From sequence record MT684598.1: 24,000 nt of DNA. One strand, given 5' to 3'. The number at the start of each line of letters is the position of its first letter. Position 1 is the stretch's first letter. Of the stretch, positions 7,210 to 14,804 are shown piece by piece. The notes under the pieces were generated by a model, which saw nothing but the letters and a program-made list of their open reading frames with translations, did no database searches and had not been told where the DNA came from. Both the position numbers and the translations under genes were made by a program. The stretch is from Streptomyces phage Faust.

Positions 7210-7399
7210 GCAATTGCCCCTCTTTAGTGTAGAGATTATTCCGTGGGGGTATTGCTATGACTGCTATACCAAGGTAGAATGGGATATTCAATACAGCAAG
7301 CCATGGTGTCCAGTATGCGAAAAGAGAATTCCAACTCATAGTTGGGACATGCAAAAGAAATTCAAGGAAGTCGTAAATCGACTTCCTAAGTTCAGATAA
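7187..7399 (+). CDS. small zinc-ribbon-like protein (start uncertain)
   Basis: YCYDCYTKVEWDIQYSKPWCPVCEK with CxxC pairs; overlaps the macro gene end. Confidence 0.6.
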   Translation: MSQSTTFEQLPLFSVEIIPWGYCYDCYTKVEWDIQYSKPWCPVCEKRIPTHSWDMQKKFKEVVNRLPKFR

Positions 7400-7407
7400 C
7401 CGAATAT

Positions 7408-7427
7408 GCCGGGAAACCGGCAAGCTT
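7408..7427 (+). repeat. hairpin-AAGCTT module
   Basis: GCCGG-GAAA-CCGGC-AAGCTT. Confidence 0.8.
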
Positions 7428-7459
7428 CTACATTGGTTCGACAAGAGGAGATATAACCA

Positions 7460-9382
7460 ATGCGACCTAATACCGCTGTTGCTACTCGGGTTGGAGACCT
7501 GGGTGGTGAAAAGGTAGCAATGTCGTTTGACCAGAACAGTCTTGCTCATATCATGTCTGTTCTGACTGACCTTTATTCTGACCCTGAGCTTGCGATTCTT
7601 CGTGAGTACAGCACTAATGCCCTTGATGCACAAATCCGGGCGGGTGTTACAAGGCCGATTGAGGTTTCTACTCCCAATGGTCTTAGTCCTTTTGTAAAGA
7701 TTAAGGACTATGGTATTGGTATGGATGCTGAGGATATCCGAAATGTGTATTCTCAGTATGGTGCATCGACAAAGCGTGAATCTGATGAGTTCACGGGAAT
7801 GCTTGGTCTTGGTTGTAAGGCTGCGCTTACCTACACAAATCAGTTCACTGTCAATGCAGTGAAGGATGGTATTCGTACTCAGGTTGTTGTGTCCCGAACC
7901 GAAGATGGTTCTGGAGTCATGGAAATCCTTTCTCAGACTGAGACGGATGACGGCAATGGCGTTGAGATTTCTGTTCCGGTAAAGCGAAACAATCTGTTTC
8001 ATCGTAAGGCTATTGACTTCTTCCGATTCTGGGATGAAGGTACCATTCTGCTGAATGGTAGTGAGCCTGAGCGAATTTCCGGCCGGAAGCTCACAGAGGA
8101 GATGACTCTTGTTCAGAACCTTGAGCAGGATTATGTCATCATGGGTAATGTCGCTTATCCGATTGATAATGAGCATGAGATTCATCATCGGAATTGGCAG
8201 TCTCGATTTGGTGTCGTTACGCGAGTTGAGATTGGCGATGTGAGCTTTACCCCTTCCCGAGAGGCTTTGCAGTACACTCTTCGTACTGAGAAGACGCTTG
8301 ATGCTATTCGAGACAAGTTCAATCAGAATCTCAAGGCTGCTGCTCAGCGGGATATTGACGCCTCTGAGAACTGCCTTGATGCCGTCAAGGCTCTGTGTGA
8401 TTGGTCAAAGATTCTCTATGGTGGAATTCGGCGGGGTAACACTTTCGAGTATCGTGGTGAAGAGATTCCCCTTGATATTCGAATTGTTGGAATGAACTTC
8501 CGACTTCACTACAGTCGTGGTGCTGTTGACGAGACTCGATATGAGTCCATTGACGCACTGTCCAATCGTGTGGTAATCTATAACTACACGAATGTTGACA
8601 TCAAGGCTCACAACCGAGAGAAGATTAGGCTGTGGATTGATAAGCAGGATGGTCTCCCGCACAAGAATACTGTTCTGGTTGTCGATGAACTTCCGGAAAT
8701 CTTTGGTAAGTGGGTTACTGATGAGCACTGTTTTGACTGGGAAGAGGTCAAGAAGGTCCGAGCGGAAAGGCAAAAGGCCCCAAAGTCTGAACCTACTTAT
8801 GACGTTTATAGTTCTACGGGATTCCGAGTCAAGACACTGAGTGAGGTTGGTGATGAGTCTACTAAGGCTCTCATTTCTTCTGCTCAAATCAAGGAGTTCG
8901 ATAGCGGATTTATTCGCGGGATTCACAGTGAATTCCCTGATGTTCACATTGTACGCCTTGCAGTCAATCGCTGGGATAAGTTGAAGCGTGAGCGCAAGAA
9001 CGTAAAGTCGCTGCATAGCGTCATTGCGGAGAGGTACAAGGAAGTGGTAGACTCGCTTACAGAGGCGGACAAGACGTACATGATGTTGGACTACAACTCT
9101 CGATACGTCCTTCCTAACCTTGACCAGACCAGAATCAAGGACCCTGAGCTTGTCAAGATGGTTGAGGCAAGCAAGACTCTTGATGAGAGTGACGCAATTA
9201 AGCGTTACAAGAAGGTTCGTCAAATGCTTGGTCAATTCCAGTATGTTGAGGAACTTGACCTTGGAACCATTTATCAGCCTTTTGAGAAGTATCCGCTTCT
9301 TAATGCGCTGTCTCGCCATGATTACGAAACCGCAGTTGAGCATGCAATTCACTATGTGAATGCAATCTACGACTCTAAGTGA
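7460..9382 (+). CDS. rIIA-like: rIIA-like protein (GHKL-type ATPase fold at N-terminus)
   Basis: LREYSTNALDAQIRAG, VKIKDYGIGMDAEDIRNVYSQYGASTKR, GMLGLGCKAALTYTNQFTV. Confidence 0.88.
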   Translation: MRPNTAVATRVGDLGGEKVAMSFDQNSLAHIMSVLTDLYSDPELAILREYSTNALDAQIRAGVTRPIEVSTPNGLSPFVKIKDYGIGMDAEDIRNVYSQYGASTKRESDEFTGMLGLGCKAALTYTNQFTVNAVKDGIRTQVVVSRTEDGSGVMEILSQTETDDGNGVEISVPVKRNNLFHRKAIDFFRFWDEGTILLNGSEPERISGRKLTEEMTLVQNLEQDYVIMGNVAYPIDNEHEIHHRNWQSRFGVVTRVEIGDVSFTPSREALQYTLRTEKTLDAIRDKFNQNLKAAAQRDIDASENCLDAVKALCDWSKILYGGIRRGNTFEYRGEEIPLDIRIVGMNFRLHYSRGAVDETRYESIDALSNRVVIYNYTNVDIKAHNREKIRLWIDKQDGLPHKNTVLVVDELPEIFGKWVTDEHCFDWEEVKKVRAERQKAPKSEPTYDVYSSTGFRVKTLSEVGDESTKALISSAQIKEFDSGFIRGIHSEFPDVHIVRLAVNRWDKLKRERKNVKSLHSVIAERYKEVVDSLTEADKTYMMLDYNSRYVLPNLDQTRIKDPELVKMVEASKTLDESDAIKRYKKVRQMLGQFQYVEELDLGTIYQPFEKYPLLNALSRHDYETAVEHAIHYVNAIYDSK

Positions 9383-9388
9383 TTGTGG

Positions 9389-9409
9389 GCGGGCTTCGGC
9401 CCGCAAGCT
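9389..9409 (+). repeat. hairpin-AAGCT module
   Basis: GCGGGC-TTCG-GCCCGC-AAGCT. Confidence 0.8.
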
Positions 9410-9442
9410 ACCCTAAAAGATATCCAATAAGGAGTAAAATAA

Positions 9443-10426
9443 ATGAGTTTCCCTTATAGCGTCTTCCGTTTCTCTGAGTCCAGTGAGGTCAACCTTACTG
9501 CATTCATTGACGGACAGATGTATTCTGCTACGGACGGAAACCGGAATTTCGAGCAGATTGAGCGGATGTGTCGTGAGGGAGATGAGAGTGTCATTGCTCT
9601 TTTCGACGTTTCCAATACAGCTCAGGAGCGATTCCGGCGTCTTTCTGAGCGGGTCTCCATCAGTGGTGGCATCGTCTACTTTGATGGTGAGGCTGTAGAC
9701 AACTCGCTTACTCAGCAGGTTGTTCGATTCATTGAGCAGGGCGTTGAGGACTTTGAGCCTCTGATTCTGTTCTTTGAGAAGGTTCAGACTAATCCGAATT
9801 CTCACAGCCGAGAGCAGCTTTACCGCTGGCTTGCTGACCGTGACTTCACGATTAACGCAGAAGGCAATATTCTTGCTTACAAGGGCGTTCGGACTACGTC
9901 TAAGGAGCATCGATACGAGAGCATTGCTACTGGTACGGCGGTTGTTGATGGTGTAACCTACACTGGAAACATTCCCAACCCAATTGGCGCGGTTGTTGAG
10001 ATGCCTCGTTCTTCTGTTCAGCATGACCCTAGCGTTGGTTGCCACACTGGTCTGCATGCTGCAAATTGGGACTACGCGCGTTCGTGGTCACAGGGTGCTG
10101 TTCTGACTGTTGAGATTAATCCTCGCGACGTTGTTTCTGTTCCTACGGACTGTGAGGACCAGAAGATGAGGGTTTGCCGTTACACGGTTGTGGAGGTTGT
10201 TGAGCAGCAGCTTGAGAATGCTCTTCACGGAACGGTTGACACCCCGGACGTTGATGACTATGATGATACAGAGGCAGGCTTCCAGGAGCTTGACCCCGTA
10301 TCTGATGAGTCTGACGATGAAGAGGATGAGCCTTACAAGTTTGACTCTCATCAGCCTTACACTCAGGTTGGTTGGCTGACTAGCACGTATGAGCCGGATG
10401 ACCCTGATGCACCTTGGAATGCTTGA
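9443..10426 (+). CDS. rIIB-like: rIIB-like protein
   Basis: Adjacent to the rIIA-like gene; SREQLYRWLADRDFTINAEGNILAYKGVR...HYSF-type middle region ...VGCHTGLHAANWDYA...VVSVPTDCEDQKMRVCRY. Confidence 0.8.
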   Translation: MSFPYSVFRFSESSEVNLTAFIDGQMYSATDGNRNFEQIERMCREGDESVIALFDVSNTAQERFRRLSERVSISGGIVYFDGEAVDNSLTQQVVRFIEQGVEDFEPLILFFEKVQTNPNSHSREQLYRWLADRDFTINAEGNILAYKGVRTTSKEHRYESIATGTAVVDGVTYTGNIPNPIGAVVEMPRSSVQHDPSVGCHTGLHAANWDYARSWSQGAVLTVEINPRDVVSVPTDCEDQKMRVCRYTVVEVVEQQLENALHGTVDTPDVDDYDDTEAGFQELDPVSDESDDEEDEPYKFDSHQPYTQVGWLTSTYEPDDPDAPWNA

Positions 10427-10433
10427 CATTCCA

Positions 10434-10453
10434 GCCCCTTCGGGGGCAAGCTT
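10434..10453 (+). repeat. hairpin-AAGCTT module
   Basis: GCCCC-TTCG-GGGGC-AAGCTT. Confidence 0.8.
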
Positions 10454-10480
10454 CGTATCCTTTCTTAAGGAGGTAATTAA

Positions 10481-10636
10481 GTGCGCGACTTTTTCAACAA
10501 GCTTTTCGACTGGTATCCTGAAGACGATGCTCCAGAGATTCATGTAATTGAGGAAGAGGATTTCTGGACTCCGGGCGGATGGACTGACAATAGGTCACAC
10601 TGGGAACAGTATGACGAGATGCCATGGAATGGATGA
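10481..10636 (+). CDS. small acidic Trp-rich hypothetical protein (not in the ORF track)
   Basis: GTG after AAGGAGG; MRDFFNKLFDWYPEDDAPEIHVIEEEDFWTPGGWTDNRSHWEQYDEMPWNG*. Confidence 0.7.
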   Translation: MRDFFNKLFDWYPEDDAPEIHVIEEEDFWTPGGWTDNRSHWEQYDEMPWNG

Positions 10637-10639
10637 ATA

Positions 10640-11416
10640 ATGGCTAGGATTATGGTCCTTGGAGATGTTCATGGCCAGACTCAATGGCTGAAGAACACAA
10701 TTAACAAGGCTAAGCGAATGGGTTGCGACCGAATCCTTCAGGTTGGGGATTTCGGAATTTGGACCCATGAGGCAGAAGGTCACCGATTCCTTGACACTGC
10801 CAATGAGGAATTGCGGCGGAATGGCATTAAGCTGTACTTTCTCGGCGGGAATCATGAGAACTGGGACCACTTGAATTGGTGGGAGAAGAACAATGCAAAG
10901 TCCTCTCGTGGTCACGTTTATGTCCGTAGTCACATTCTTTATACTGGGCGTGTTAATCGGTGGGTATGGGGTGAGAAGGGTTCTGAGAAGGTCTTCCAAG
11001 CGGTGGGTGGTGCCGTTTCAGTAGATAAGCGTACTCGCACAGTTGGAAAGTCTCTTTGGCTTGACGAGGAAATTCCAGAGCGAGTTGTTTATGGACTAGA
11101 AAAGGCTGGTCGTCAGTGCGATTATCTGTTTACGCATGATGCTCCCACCTGTGTTCCACTCAGCAATTTGAAGCCAGATTTGGATTCTGCCCGGCATCGT
11201 GGATACATGGACCGAATTGGGCGGGCTACTCGACCCAATCTTTGGTTCCATGGACATTACCACAAGTACATGGAGTACAGCTTTATGCACCAGCAGGGCT
11301 ATACTTTCGTGTATGGCATTGACCGTGACTTCCAGTTTTACAGCTATGTGATTTTGGACACGGAGACGGACAATGTGGAAACGGCTACTGGTAAGGTAAT
11401 TGAGCACGGAAATTGA
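10640..11416 (+). CDS. calcineurin-like metallophosphoesterase
   Basis: GDVHG, QVGDFG, LGGNHENWDH, FTHDAP, FHGHYHKY motifs. Confidence 0.9.
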   Translation: MARIMVLGDVHGQTQWLKNTINKAKRMGCDRILQVGDFGIWTHEAEGHRFLDTANEELRRNGIKLYFLGGNHENWDHLNWWEKNNAKSSRGHVYVRSHILYTGRVNRWVWGEKGSEKVFQAVGGAVSVDKRTRTVGKSLWLDEEIPERVVYGLEKAGRQCDYLFTHDAPTCVPLSNLKPDLDSARHRGYMDRIGRATRPNLWFHGHYHKYMEYSFMHQQGYTFVYGIDRDFQFYSYVILDTETDNVETATGKVIEHGN

Positions 11417-11417
11417 G

Positions 11418-11515
11418 TCATTTGCCATTTGAAAGTAAATCCTCTACAATTAACTTTATGGAGGTTGAAGCCTCCGACAAGTTTGAAGGAGGTGTAACAT
11501 TCAAATGGCAAATGA
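11418..11515 (+). promoter_or_regulatory. 16-bp perfect inverted repeat flanking a promoter and spanning the next start codon
   Basis: TCATTTGCCATTTGAA (11418-11433) and its exact reverse complement TTCAAATGGCAAATGA (11500-11515); the right arm contains the ATG at 11505. Confidence 0.85.
11422..11450 (+). promoter_or_regulatory. sigma70/HrdB-like promoter
   Basis: TTGCCA-N17-TACAAT; predicted 5' UTR starts with hairpin GGAGG-TTGAAG-CCTCC. Confidence 0.75.
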
Positions 11516-11915
11516 TGAGAAGGCTCCAGAGTCACGTATTCTTTCTGAAGATGAGCGTGCCGCTGCTGTAAAGGCTGCTGACGTTAAGGCTTCAAAGCAG
11601 GAGTATAAGCCACGTACAGCTAACGCTGCCGTAGCTCCACATGGCCCACATGGTGTTGAGGAGGCTGCCGCAAAGCGTGCAGCGGATGCAGGCGTTCGTG
11701 CCCCTGAGTTCGTTAATTACGAAGAGGCTCTAGAGAATTACCAGAGCCGTCCAGACGTAGAGACCCTTGAGGACCGTCGTGCTCGTGAGGGTGGACGTGA
11801 CTTCAACGCAGCTTCATTCCGTCGCGAACTAGGCGGAGATGATGAGGGTGGCGTTACTACTTCAGATGAAGTAGCTAAGCCTGCTGCTCCAGCTCGTAAG
11901 CCTGCTTCTAAGTAA
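11505..11915 (+). CDS. Ala/Arg-rich hypothetical protein with own promoter and terminator
   Basis: RBS GAAGGAGGTG then ATG 11505; MANDEKAPESRILSEDERAAAVKAADVKASKQ... Confidence 0.85.
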   Translation: MANDEKAPESRILSEDERAAAVKAADVKASKQEYKPRTANAAVAPHGPHGVEEAAAKRAADAGVRAPEFVNYEEALENYQSRPDVETLEDRRAREGGRDFNAASFRRELGGDDEGGVTTSDEVAKPAAPARKPASK

Positions 11916-11931
11916 GGCGTAGAATTGGTAG

Positions 11932-11965
11932 AAACCCGGTGTTGACAAAGCACCGGGTTTTTGCT
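11932..11965 (+). terminator. Rho-independent terminator
   Basis: AAACCCGGTG-ttgacaaag-CACCGGGTTT-TT: 10-bp stem followed by T run. Confidence 0.88.
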
Positions 11966-11971
11966 TATACT
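11942..11971 (+). promoter_or_regulatory. promoter nested in the terminator
   Basis: TTGACA (in the terminator loop)-N18-TATACT, upstream of tRNA-Lys. Confidence 0.75.
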
Positions 11972-11988
11972 GTAGAGACAGTAACCGG

Positions 11989-12062
11989 AACCCCTTAGCT
12001 CAGTTGGTAGTAGCGCGGGACTTTTAATCCTGATGTCGTCGGTTCGAGCCCGACAGGGGTTA
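11989..12062 (+). tRNA. tRNA-Lys(TTT)
   Basis: Acceptor AACCCCT/AGGGGTT, anticodon arm CGGGA-CTTTTAA-TCCTG, GGTTCGAGCC. Confidence 0.9.
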
Positions 12063-12065
12063 CTC

Positions 12066-12095
12066 TTGACACAGCCGTGTCAAATTTGTTAAAAT
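12066..12095 (+). promoter_or_regulatory. promoter with palindrome over the -35
   Basis: TTGACA-N18-TAAAAT; TTGACAC-AGCC-GTGTCAA at 12066-12083. Confidence 0.7.
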
Positions 12096-12132
12096 ACATG
12101 CATGATGCAATTTGAACGAAGGGAAAGACCAA

Positions 12133-12375
12133 ATGCCTAATCTCGACTACAAGGGTGCTCACAAGTTTGTTCGTGAGCAGCGTCGTCTTGGCAACAATGT
12201 TCGTTGGGATGGATGGGACATGGTATTCTGGAAGCCTACGCGCCATGGCTTCACCAGTGTCAATGGCTCTTATGACAAGGATAAGGAGCGTTGGGGAGTT
12301 GAGTCGCGTATTGTCGTAGACACGAATGGTATGTGGCGGGTTCCTAACAAGAATGTCAAGCAGCCTACTCGATGA
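12133..12375 (+). CDS. hypothetical protein
   Basis: ATG 12133 after GGGAAAG; MPNLDYKGAHKFVREQRRLGNNVRWDGWDMVFWKP... Confidence 0.75.
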   Translation: MPNLDYKGAHKFVREQRRLGNNVRWDGWDMVFWKPTRHGFTSVNGSYDKDKERWGVESRIVVDTNGMWRVPNKNVKQPTR

Positions 12376-12664
12376 ACTTGGGCTAGACCCTGAAGATTTT
12401 GAATGGCAAGACTTGGGACTGTGCACTGGAATGCCGACAGCTTTCTTTTACGAAAGCTACGAATCAGATGATGAATCGGCCAGAGCAGCAGACCAAGTCT
12501 GCCTTCATTGTCCAGTAATTAAGCAGTGTTTCTTTGCTGGTGCGCAAGGAGAACACGGTGTTTGGGGCGGGGTATATTGGAATGGCGCAGGAAGCCCCGA
12601 CAAAAATAGAAACTCTCATAAAATAGAAGAAGTTTGGATTGAGATTCGCAGGAGGGTAGAATGA
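12353..12664 (+). CDS. whiB-like: WhiB-family transcriptional regulator-like protein (start uncertain)
   Basis: LCTGMPTAFFYE...CLHCPVIKQCFFAGAQGEHGVWGGVYW: WhiB Cys arrangement and GVWGG turn. Confidence 0.88.
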   Translation: MSSSLLDELGLDPEDFEWQDLGLCTGMPTAFFYESYESDDESARAADQVCLHCPVIKQCFFAGAQGEHGVWGGVYWNGAGSPDKNRNSHKIEEVWIEIRRRVE

Positions 12665-12915
12665 GTCATTACACTCCTGAAGTACAGAGAATCTTCAAGA
12701 CAATGAAGTCTCCATATCAGGGATTCATTGTTGATGCAGTAGAGTATCCAGACTATCTGGCATTGCGGTTTTACAAGCCAAACGTAGAAGAATTCAGCGA
12801 GCCGCAAAAGATTGCGCTTGCAGAATATCTCTTTAAACTAAGAGATGCAATTAGGTCCGAAGTCAACTGCCACCTTGAGGGAGTTACAAATGCACCACCT
12901 TCTAGAAGAAACTGA
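12661..12915 (+). CDS. hypothetical protein
   Basis: ATGA overlap; MSHYTPEVQRIFKTMKSPYQGFIVDAVEYPDYLALRF... Confidence 0.7.
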   Translation: MSHYTPEVQRIFKTMKSPYQGFIVDAVEYPDYLALRFYKPNVEEFSEPQKIALAEYLFKLRDAIRSEVNCHLEGVTNAPPSRRN

Positions 12916-13084
12916 CCGACTCACTCGCATTCACATGATTGATGAGAATGTTCCGGGTTGGCTTGTCCAAGAGAACGCTTATTTTTCGCGGGTGTCTTAC
13001 GACTATCTTGGACATCATTACGAAATTGATGTTCTCAATGATGAATACATTGTTGTAGAACAGATTGGATATGAAAGCGATTGA
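12890..13084 (+). CDS. hypothetical small protein
   Basis: ATG 12890 after GAGGGAG; MHHLLEETDRLTRIHMIDENVPGWLVQENAYFSR... Confidence 0.65.
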   Translation: MHHLLEETDRLTRIHMIDENVPGWLVQENAYFSRVSYDYLGHHYEIDVLNDEYIVVEQIGYESD

Positions 13085-13320
13085 GCGAGGTTGTATGTGC
13101 ATGCTGTGGTAGGCAGCATGCAGAACTTCGCGCACAAAGGTCTAAACTCCTTGATGGTACAAAGTTTATGGCCTGCCCTAGTTGTAAGAAGGGTGGGTTT
13201 GAGCCGCGATATATCATCATCCTTGTAGCTAGGTCTGAGGGTGTTGATAAGGTTGTGGACTATATTCGAGACCATAAGTATCACGGAGAGCCTATCCTTG
13301 GGCGCGAGATGCTTGTATAG
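13081..13320 (+). CDS. zinc-ribbon-like small protein
   Basis: TTG overlapping previous TGA; MSEVVCACCGRQHAELRAQRSKLLDGTKFMACPSCKKGG: two CxxC pairs. Confidence 0.65.
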   Translation: MSEVVCACCGRQHAELRAQRSKLLDGTKFMACPSCKKGGFEPRYIIILVARSEGVDKVVDYIRDHKYHGEPILGREMLV

Positions 13321-13359
13321 CAAAAACAACTAAAAACGGGCGGGTGTGAATCCCGCTGA

Positions 13360-13433
13360 CCCTGGTTAGCTTAACTGGCAAAAGCGGCGTAGTTATGATA
13401 CGTTGATTGCAGGTTCGAATCCTGCACTGGGGA
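13360..13433 (+). tRNA. tRNA-Ile(TAT)
   Basis: Acceptor CCCTGGT/ACTGGGG, anticodon arm GCGTA-GTTATGA-TACGT, T arm GCAGG-TTCGAAT-CCTGC. Confidence 0.82.
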
Positions 13434-13451
13434 CCCTATATAAATACGTAA

Positions 13452-13481
13452 TTGGACTTTTAAGTTCCACCAAGTTATACT
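13452..13481 (+). promoter_or_regulatory. promoter
   Basis: TTGGAC-N18-TATACT, 6 nt before ATG 13488. Confidence 0.65.
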
Positions 13482-13487
13482 TTGAAT

Positions 13488-13916
13488 ATGTCCAGACTAG
13501 TGAGATTCGCTAGGGCTGTGGCCGAAAAGCCGACTGAAGCAATTGAAGGAATTATTGCCATGGCAGTAACTTTGGTCGGTATTTGGTTTATCAGTCCCTT
13601 CTATAAGGCAACGACTTCTGTCTCTGCTCAAGCTTGGGCGAATGGTACAATTCCTCAATACATTGGCGCATTTCAGGCGGTAGTTGGTGCAATCCTGCTA
13701 TTTGCTCTGGTCAAAAAGAGTTGGGCAAGAAGGCAAGCGGCACGTCGATTGACTACGTTTGCCATTTTTATTCTCTATCTCTTCTACGGACTTTCTTCAA
13801 CGATTATTCTGGGGTTGGGGAGGGTTTCATGGATTGCGACGTTCGCTCTGGCTCTTATTGCGGGTGTTGCACATCTGAGATTGAAGTGGGAGGAGGGTAA
13901 TCATGCCAGAGATTAG
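13488..13916 (+). CDS. multi-pass membrane protein (holin-like candidate)
   Basis: Hydrophobic segments IIAMAVTLVGIWFISP, YIGAFQAVVGAILLFALV, FAIFILYLFYGLSSTIILGL, IATFALALIAGVAHL. Confidence 0.7.
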   Translation: MSRLVRFARAVAEKPTEAIEGIIAMAVTLVGIWFISPFYKATTSVSAQAWANGTIPQYIGAFQAVVGAILLFALVKKSWARRQAARRLTTFAIFILYLFYGLSSTIILGLGRVSWIATFALALIAGVAHLRLKWEEGNHARD

Positions 13917-14202
13917 TCAGGCGTGGCTTGCCCTACTCGGGGCTTTGCTTGGTGGTTCAGGACTTAAGTTCATCGAACATTGGCTCAGTCGCTCAAAGGT
14001 GAAGGAAGATGCCGCAGCACAAATGCGGACTGAACTTCGCGATGAAATCAAGGGATTGCGAGAGGAACTTCGCACAGTAGAAGATGAGCTAGATAAGTGG
14101 CGAGGCAAGTATTATGAGCTTATGGATGAATTCATGAAGGCAAAGGGTGACCTTGCCGAAGCTCTACGTAACGCGCAGAACAAGGCAAATGGTCAGTCTT
14201 GA
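13903..14202 (+). CDS. one N-terminal TM plus coiled-coil protein (possible partner of the upstream gene)
   Basis: AWLALLGALLGGSGLKFI followed by heptad-like RTELRDEIKGLREELRTVEDELDKW. Confidence 0.7.
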   Translation: MPEISQAWLALLGALLGGSGLKFIEHWLSRSKVKEDAAAQMRTELRDEIKGLREELRTVEDELDKWRGKYYELMDEFMKAKGDLAEALRNAQNKANGQS

Positions 14203-14227
14203 CCAGACACAAGAAGCTCTGTATAGT
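14199..14227 (+). promoter_or_regulatory. promoter upstream of non-coding interval
   Basis: TTGACC-N17-TATAGT. Confidence 0.6.
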
Positions 14228-14231
14228 AGTA

Positions 14232-14335
14232 GGTGCGGCTGGAGAGAGACCAGCAACTTTTCCGGCGGGGTGAGGGTGAAAGCCTGTAGAAACACCGGAT
14301 GCGAGCGGAGCGCATAATCTCCGCATACTAAACGA
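14232..14335 (+). ncRNA. candidate structured non-coding RNA
   Basis: Downstream of a promoter, no ORF; GCTGG-agagaga-CCAGC, CCGG...CCGG, GCGGAG-cgcataat-CTCCGC stems. Confidence 0.4.
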
Positions 14336-14373
14336 TTTCGTAGTAAAATGGTTACTGATTGGAGGTGTTAAAT

Positions 14374-14655
14374 TTGGCATTCTATCAGGTAACATCATTC
14401 TACTATGATGAGTCAACAGGTAACATTTTTATCCAGCTAGCCAAGGAAGCAGAGGTTAGTTACGAGCATGCTCCAGAGGAGCAGCCACAGGATATTTACG
14501 AGGCTCAGATTTATCTTGATGGTGGAACGAACCTTGTAGGAAAGTATCGTCCATCAAGTATGGATGGAACGATTACAGGCGGGCACTTTGGTAGACAGGC
14601 TGGAACTACTCCAGACACTACCCCAGTACAGCCTCTTGAGAACGCTCCAGAGTGA
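14374..14655 (+). CDS. hypothetical protein
   Basis: TTG 14374 seven nt after GGAGGTG; MAFYQVTSFYYDESTGNIFIQLAKEAEVSYEHAPEEQ... Confidence 0.7.
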   Translation: MAFYQVTSFYYDESTGNIFIQLAKEAEVSYEHAPEEQPQDIYEAQIYLDGGTNLVGKYRPSSMDGTITGGHFGRQAGTTPDTTPVQPLENAPE

Positions 14656-14658
14656 GGC

Positions 14659-14687
14659 TTGACAGACCCCGGCGGGTTTGCTAAGAT
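14659..14687 (+). promoter_or_regulatory. promoter upstream of tRNA-Glu
   Basis: TTGACA-N17-TAAGAT. Confidence 0.75.
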
Positions 14688-14730
14688 AGTAAGCACGAGG
14701 AAAGGTAATCGCCCAAAAGGATTCCAACAT

Positions 14731-14804
14731 GCTCCCGTAGAGTAACGGTTTATCTCGCTTCCCTCTCAAGGAAGAGACTGCCGGTTCGAATCCGGTCGGG
14801 AGTA
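14731..14804 (+). tRNA. tRNA-Glu(CTC)
   Basis: Acceptor GCTCCCG/CGGGAGT, anticodon arm CTTCC-CTCTCAA-GGAAG, GGTTCGAATCC. Confidence 0.87.

Noticed and set aside
7190-9406. Two long minus-strand ORFs (332 and 333 aa) antisense to the rIIA-like gene
   Set aside because: They mirror a well-supported plus-strand gene, have no recognisable domain and no promoter or RBS context; typical shadow ORFs of biased codon usage.
9413-10543. Minus-strand ORFs opposite the rIIB-like gene
   Set aside because: Same reasoning; composition is the reverse-complement artefact of the coding strand.
11995-12426. 143-aa minus-strand ORF across tRNA-Lys
   Set aside because: Overlaps a clear tRNA and promoter on the other strand; no independent support.
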